Below, piece after piece: positions 58,946 through 64,000 of a stretch of 64,000 nt of DNA. The translations under genes and the position numbers were made by a program. Numbering within the stretch: position 1 is the first letter of the stretch; each line of letters begins with the position of its first letter. Below the pieces are notes generated by a model, which saw only the letters and a program-made list of their open reading frames with translations, was not told the DNA's origin and did not search any database. This DNA comes from Eledone cirrhosa (lineage: Eukaryota). The DNA is taken from contig OZ024743.1 of assembly GCA_964016885.1 (NCBI GenBank), positions 315,518,001-315,582,000 of the forward strand. Direction: 5' to 3'.

Positions 58946-59940
58946 AATAACAGGAGGTGAGGTTGGACTGGTGTAAATCCTTGAAAGGTTTATTATACAA
59001 TGATCATTTCAATGACCGGGTTCAGTATGAATCCGGTGATATCATCAGGTATTCGAAATATAACAAATAAAATCCATGAGGCTGAAAATCAGAGACAAGA
59101 GGACGACCGACTATTTAGCAGCTTCTACCTCAGTCGGTCGCCCTCGAGTGTTGATTATTAAGTCTACCTATGACCATCTGGTGAGGGGGCGTAAGCTTAT
59201 AATGTACTACTACCTCACCATCAAAGAGAAAAGGTCAGTTTTCAGGGTAGGATATAGAGTAAAGATTAAGCCCTTGTTTAGCAGTCAATAATCATCGACG
59301 ACTGCAGAGCCCGGCCAGCCCTTCCTTAACCACGTGTCAGCCGTTCCGAGTTATATCGTCTAGCGAAAGAAATGGAAATTAATTTTTCCGAGCACTCCAG
59401 GAATGTAACTGTTTTAGGCGTCGGGTGTGTTAGTGGGAAGTCCACCATCGCCGTCAGGCCATCGTCTATACCAAACGAATACTATTAATTCACTTAGGAG
59501 TGGGATTTATTTACGTGCCAGTAGAGGGAGGCATGATACAGCTAATAGTTATGATTATAGCTAGAAATTTAAAGGTACTATTTGGCGGTTAAAACCGGCG
59601 GCGCGATGGGCCCCGGGGCGAAGCAGCCGTTCCGAGTAATTTCGTTTACCGAAAGAAGGGGAAATTTGTTTTTCCAAGCACTCAGGGAAGGCTTACTCAC
59701 CCGGGCGCCCGGCGCGCAGCCGGGAAAGCCGTCACATCTGTCGGTCATTGAAATGATCATAGTATAATAAACCTTTCAAGGATTTACACCAGTCCATCCT
59801 CCTGTTATTTTATAATAATTAACTCCGTACTCGCACGACTAATTACACAAACGAAGACGGGTGAGTTGTATTACGTTGAGTACTCTCCATATTACATCAA
59901 GATTGACCAGTTCTATCCAGTGGTGAACCAACTAACCTAA

Positions 59941-59942
<2 letters not shown>
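58940..59942 (-). mobile_element. Family I relative with HHR at 58995-59052 (-), a GC-rich internal insert and an inverted terminal arm
   Basis: Termini match 27970-28225 and 29185-29255. The internal 59230-59740 segment differs from the 28.4-28.7 kb copy. Confidence 0.8.
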
Positions 59943-60002
<60 letters not shown>

Positions 60003-60231
60003 AGTGTAACTTGGAGTTACTGCAGGTTCACCCGGGTGAGCACTTGATGTTTCGGTTCACTTCTGTGTTGAGGTGTAGAGCTATATAGAGTGTAATATAT
60101 TTAAAGGATAACAAGGACGTTTGGTTACTCCTTCATTACATTTATTGGTAGGTGACGCGCGTTTCTCCACTGATCAGCTCAAGGTTCGATCTGTATCGAT
60201 CTTATCCGACTCTATAATCGGCAGCTCGACG

Positions 60232-60495
60232 GACCCTTTGTGGTTAGAGCATTGGCCTTGCAATCGAAAGGTTGTGAGTTCAATTCTCAGACCGGGTGAT
60301 GTGTTGTTTCCTTGAGCAAGACACTTTATTTTACATTGTTCCAGTTTACTCAGCTGTAGAAATGAGATGATAGGGACAGGGTCCATATCATTCCACTGCA
60401 AAGTGGTCGTGGAGGTGCCACGGCAAAAAGCACCCACCACTCACTGTAAATAAGATTGGTTTTAGGAAGGGCATCCAGCTGTAGAAATCAAGCCA

Positions 60496-60497
<2 letters not shown>
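60232..60497 (+). mobile_element. tRNA-headed SINE
   Basis: tgtggttagagcattggccttgcaatcgaaaggttgtgagttcaattc...tccttgagcaagacactttatt...aggaagggcatccagctgtagaa. Confidence 0.8.
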
Positions 60498-60557
<60 letters not shown>

Positions 60558-60559
<2 letters not shown>

Positions 60560-60770
60560 CGAAGGAAATGTGGTAAGGAACCAGGTGGACCATAACGCAC
60601 CAAAGTACTCAATATTTAGGGTAGTAGAGTGGGTAATAGGAACGAGTGGGACCCCGACGGCTGAGCTCAAGCCGTTTCAACGGCTAATTCTGGACTAAAA
60701 AAAAATTTTTTTTTTTAAAAGCCGTCAAAACGGCTTGAGCTCAGCCGTTGGGGTCCTACTCGTTCCTATA
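60558..60770. mobile_element. Solo truncated fold-back of the family A pLTR (HHR 3' halves only)
   Basis: Reverse complement of 745-882, followed by a short inverted copy. Confidence 0.8.
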
Positions 60771-61229
60771 TATATATATATATATATATGCATTGAGCAA
60801 GACACTTTATTTCACGGTGCTCCTTCTACCTGGAGTTGCGACCGATAGATAGTATTAGCAACTGGAAAGACCAATGGAAACATTGTTTCCTCGGTCCTAT
60901 TTGACGAAAGTCGATCGACTGTCATATACATATATATGTAAATATATATATATAGAGAAATATTAAAACAATGAAATTAAACAAAGAACGGTTAATTTCA
61001 TTGTTTTAATATTTCTATTTTTGACTCTGTATCCAATGAATTATTTCGTTGAAAATTTTATATTTTAAACTTTGCTTCATGACACCTTCTACATACGGAT
61101 TACATTGAGTTCTTCATACGGTTTAGACCCTACCATTGATTGGTAGATTTATGCGAAAACCAACCAGTGAGTGTGTTCTGTTATTAATTCTGGCAATATT
61201 ATTACACAAATATGACCCTCCCCAAGTAT

Positions 61230-61304
<75 letters not shown>

Positions 61305-61311
<7 letters not shown>

Positions 61312-61949
61312 CGTAAAATAAGAAAATTATTAAAAAAAATTAACTTACTTAAATTTTCACTCCAACTAATTAGTTTCTGCAATGGGATAAAGACAGTTAC
61401 GTAATGAACTGTTGAGAATTTCATTGCGTCATCAGGGAGGTCATTAGGAATGGGATGGTAAGATGACAGACGCCTACTAACACCCCCAAAAGAAATTTAG
61501 AAGTGGTTTTTCCTACTGACTAGCCTCTGTGTCACGTGATTGATTCTTTAGAATCGGCCATATGACCACTGGCAGTGAGAATTTTCAGTACCTGGAATCC
61601 AGTCCTCGATAGCTGTTCCATTTACCGAATTATTATTATTTTTATATGAGTCCCCAGTGTCCGTGCATTGTCTGGAGACTTGGCTGAGAATGACCTCCCT
61701 GATGACGCAATGAAATTCTCAACAGTTCATTACGTAACTGTCTTTATCCCATTGCAGAAACTAATTAGTTGGAGTGAAAATTTAAGTAAGTTAATTTTAA
61801 AAAAAATTTTTTTTTTAAATGGTCTTATTTTACGTCTTTTATATTATTGTTCTGCATCCTCCTGCATTGAACCACCTAGGTACTATGACATAACCTGTGT
61901 ATTTACTGGCATTAGCGTACATCTGTGCGCTTATGTTAGTAGATATATT

Positions 61950-61950
<1 letters not shown>
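61305..61950. mobile_element. Family G subfamily fold-back; HHRs at -61360-61439 and +61695-61774
   Basis: CTCC CTGATGA CGCAATG...CATTGCA GAAA CTAATTAG TT GGAG. Confidence 0.85.
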
Positions 61951-62032
<82 letters not shown>

Positions 62033-62399
62033 GTATACAAATACCAAATACTCCTAGCGATTGCAAGGTAATATTAGTAATCATATTATAACTTCATTAA
62101 TTCAGATCTTTACGTTTTCTTTTTGGTCTTTTGTCCTTATATGAATTATCATAACTTCATTTCCATATCTTTGATTTTTAACAACCGAAACAGGTAAAAA
62201 CAATATACAATAAACCAATACTTCTCCTTTTTTTGTTCCCTCTAACAGTGTTTTATTTGTGTATAAACAGCTTCGTAGTATAACATTATAAGGAGCAAAA
62301 AACATAAAATCTTTTTTAATTTTTCTATGGATTCTTTATCAGTCGAGTAAAGAATACGGAGGCGCCTCTTGTAGTTGGTTACATTTTCTTTTAAGTATT

Positions 62400-62907
62400 T
62401 TGTTTATATTTTTCTTGCTTTTGACATTGTTGTTGTCAGTCTTGTTGTTGCTGTTGTTGTTGTGTTGTTGCTGTTGTTGTTGTGTTACTTTGTTGCTGTT
62501 GCTGTTGTTGTTGTTACTTTGTTGTTGTTGCCTGTTGTTGATGTCGTTGTTGTTGATATTGTCACTAATGGAGTTGTAGATGATGCTGTTAACGTTATTT
62601 TTGCTGTTGTTGTTGACGTTGTTGTTGTTGATGTTGCTGTTGTTGACGTTGTTGTTGATGTTGCTGTTGTTGTTTTGTTGACGTTGTTGCCGTTATTGTT
62701 GTTGACGTTGTTATTGTTGATGTGGTTCTTGTTGATGTTGTGTTTTTTTGGTGATGTTGTTGATGATGTTGTTGCTGTTCTTGTTGATGTTGATGTTGTT
62801 CTTGTTGATGTTGTTGCTGTTCTTGTTGATGTTGCTGTTGTTGTTCGGTTGATACAATTGCTAATGTTGTAGTTGTAGATATTGCTGTTGTTGTTATTGT
62901 TATTGTT

Positions 62908-62947
<40 letters not shown>

Positions 62948-62956
62948 AGCTGCTGC

Positions 62957-62990
<34 letters not shown>

Positions 62991-63343
62991 GCTGTTGTTG
63001 TTGTTGTTGTTGTTGTTGTTTTTGTCGATGTTGCTACTGTATTGTTACAATAACAATATTACTATTGTTGTTGTTGTTACGTTTTTGCTATTGCAGTTGT
63101 TATTGTTGTTGCCACTTTATTTGTGCTGCTGTTGCTGTTGTTGTTGTTGCAGTTGCTATTGTTGATGTTATTGTTGTTGTTGCTTTTGTTGTTGATGCTG
63201 TTCTTGCTATTTATGGTGTTATTGTAGCTGTTGTTGTTGTTGTTGTTAATGATCCTATTGTTGGTGTTGTTCTTGTTATTATTTTAGCTGTTACTGTTGT
63301 TGTTCTTTTTGTTGTTTGTGGTGGTGGTGGTGGTGGTGTTGCT

Positions 63344-63382
<39 letters not shown>

Positions 63383-63530
63383 GCTGTTGTTCTTGTTACA
63401 CCTGCCATTTCTCTTGTTCCTGTTGTCGTTGCAGTTGTTACTGTTGTTGGTGTGGTTGCTATGGTTGCTGTCATTGCTGTGGATGCTGTGGTTGCTGTCA
63501 TTGCTGTTGTCGTTGTTGTTCTTGTATATT
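62400..63530. repeat. Degenerate (GTT/GCT/GAT)n trinucleotide tract, possibly the (CAA)n-rich part of an ORF1-like element on the minus strand
   Basis: Compound triplet repeat similar in composition to 52540-52890. Confidence 0.6.
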
Positions 63531-63836
63531 AGGGTGTTCTATCCTTGAGAGATAATAAAATTTACTTTTGGTGGATTTCAGAGATAACAGAATTAATTGA
63601 GGAATTCTTTAAGAAGACAAATATTGACATTCTGACATTTAGAATTATCTATGGAACTAGAGACGATATTACCAGCAGCCATTATCATTGATCTTGTTAG
63701 GTTTCCTTACACCCTTAAGGTTGATAGAACATTTCGTTTATTAATTATACCTTGAATATATACATATATAAAGTACACGCACACCTGTATGCATATATGT
63801 GTACATGTATTTATACATATATATATATATATGTGT

Positions 63837-63910
<74 letters not shown>

Positions 63911-64000
63911 CATACATACATGCATGAAAATATATTTACACAGGGAATTATATGCATTTATTCAAACATTACGTGCATAGATAAATGCATACATATAATA

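Noticed and set aside
60232-60295. tRNA gene
   Set aside because: It is the tRNA-derived head of a SINE continuing into the SINE body, with no complete cloverleaf.

Overview
This is AT-rich, gene-poor eukaryotic intergenic or intronic DNA, probably from an octopod cephalopod (inferred from the (TA)n/(CA)n density and Octopus-type tRNA-derived SINEs). I find no host protein-coding gene, and almost all ORF-track entries are translated microsatellites. The window is a mosaic of transposons. It holds at least six Penelope-like element (PLE) bodies (mostly Hydra-clade-like, YRDD RT plus C-terminal GIY-YIG), RTE LINE fragments, Tx1/L1-like fragments, an ORF1-only L1-like element, a Chapaev3 transposase remnant, SINEs and MITEs. 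The main hidden signal is non-coding. By eye I read about 25 type-I hammerhead ribozyme (HHR) motifs from about a dozen sequence families, in PLE pseudo-LTRs and in small non-autonomous, tandem, fold-back or circularly permuted 'retrozyme'-like units sitting in (TA)n. Several families use non-canonical cores (U3-A8 'TTGANAA', or 'CCGAAGA'), nearly all have a family-specific palindromic stem III, and one carries a GC-rich structured insert with a duplicated three-way-junction motif. All ribozyme calls rest on manual motif and pairing inspection, not computation or assay. Element boundaries are approximate.
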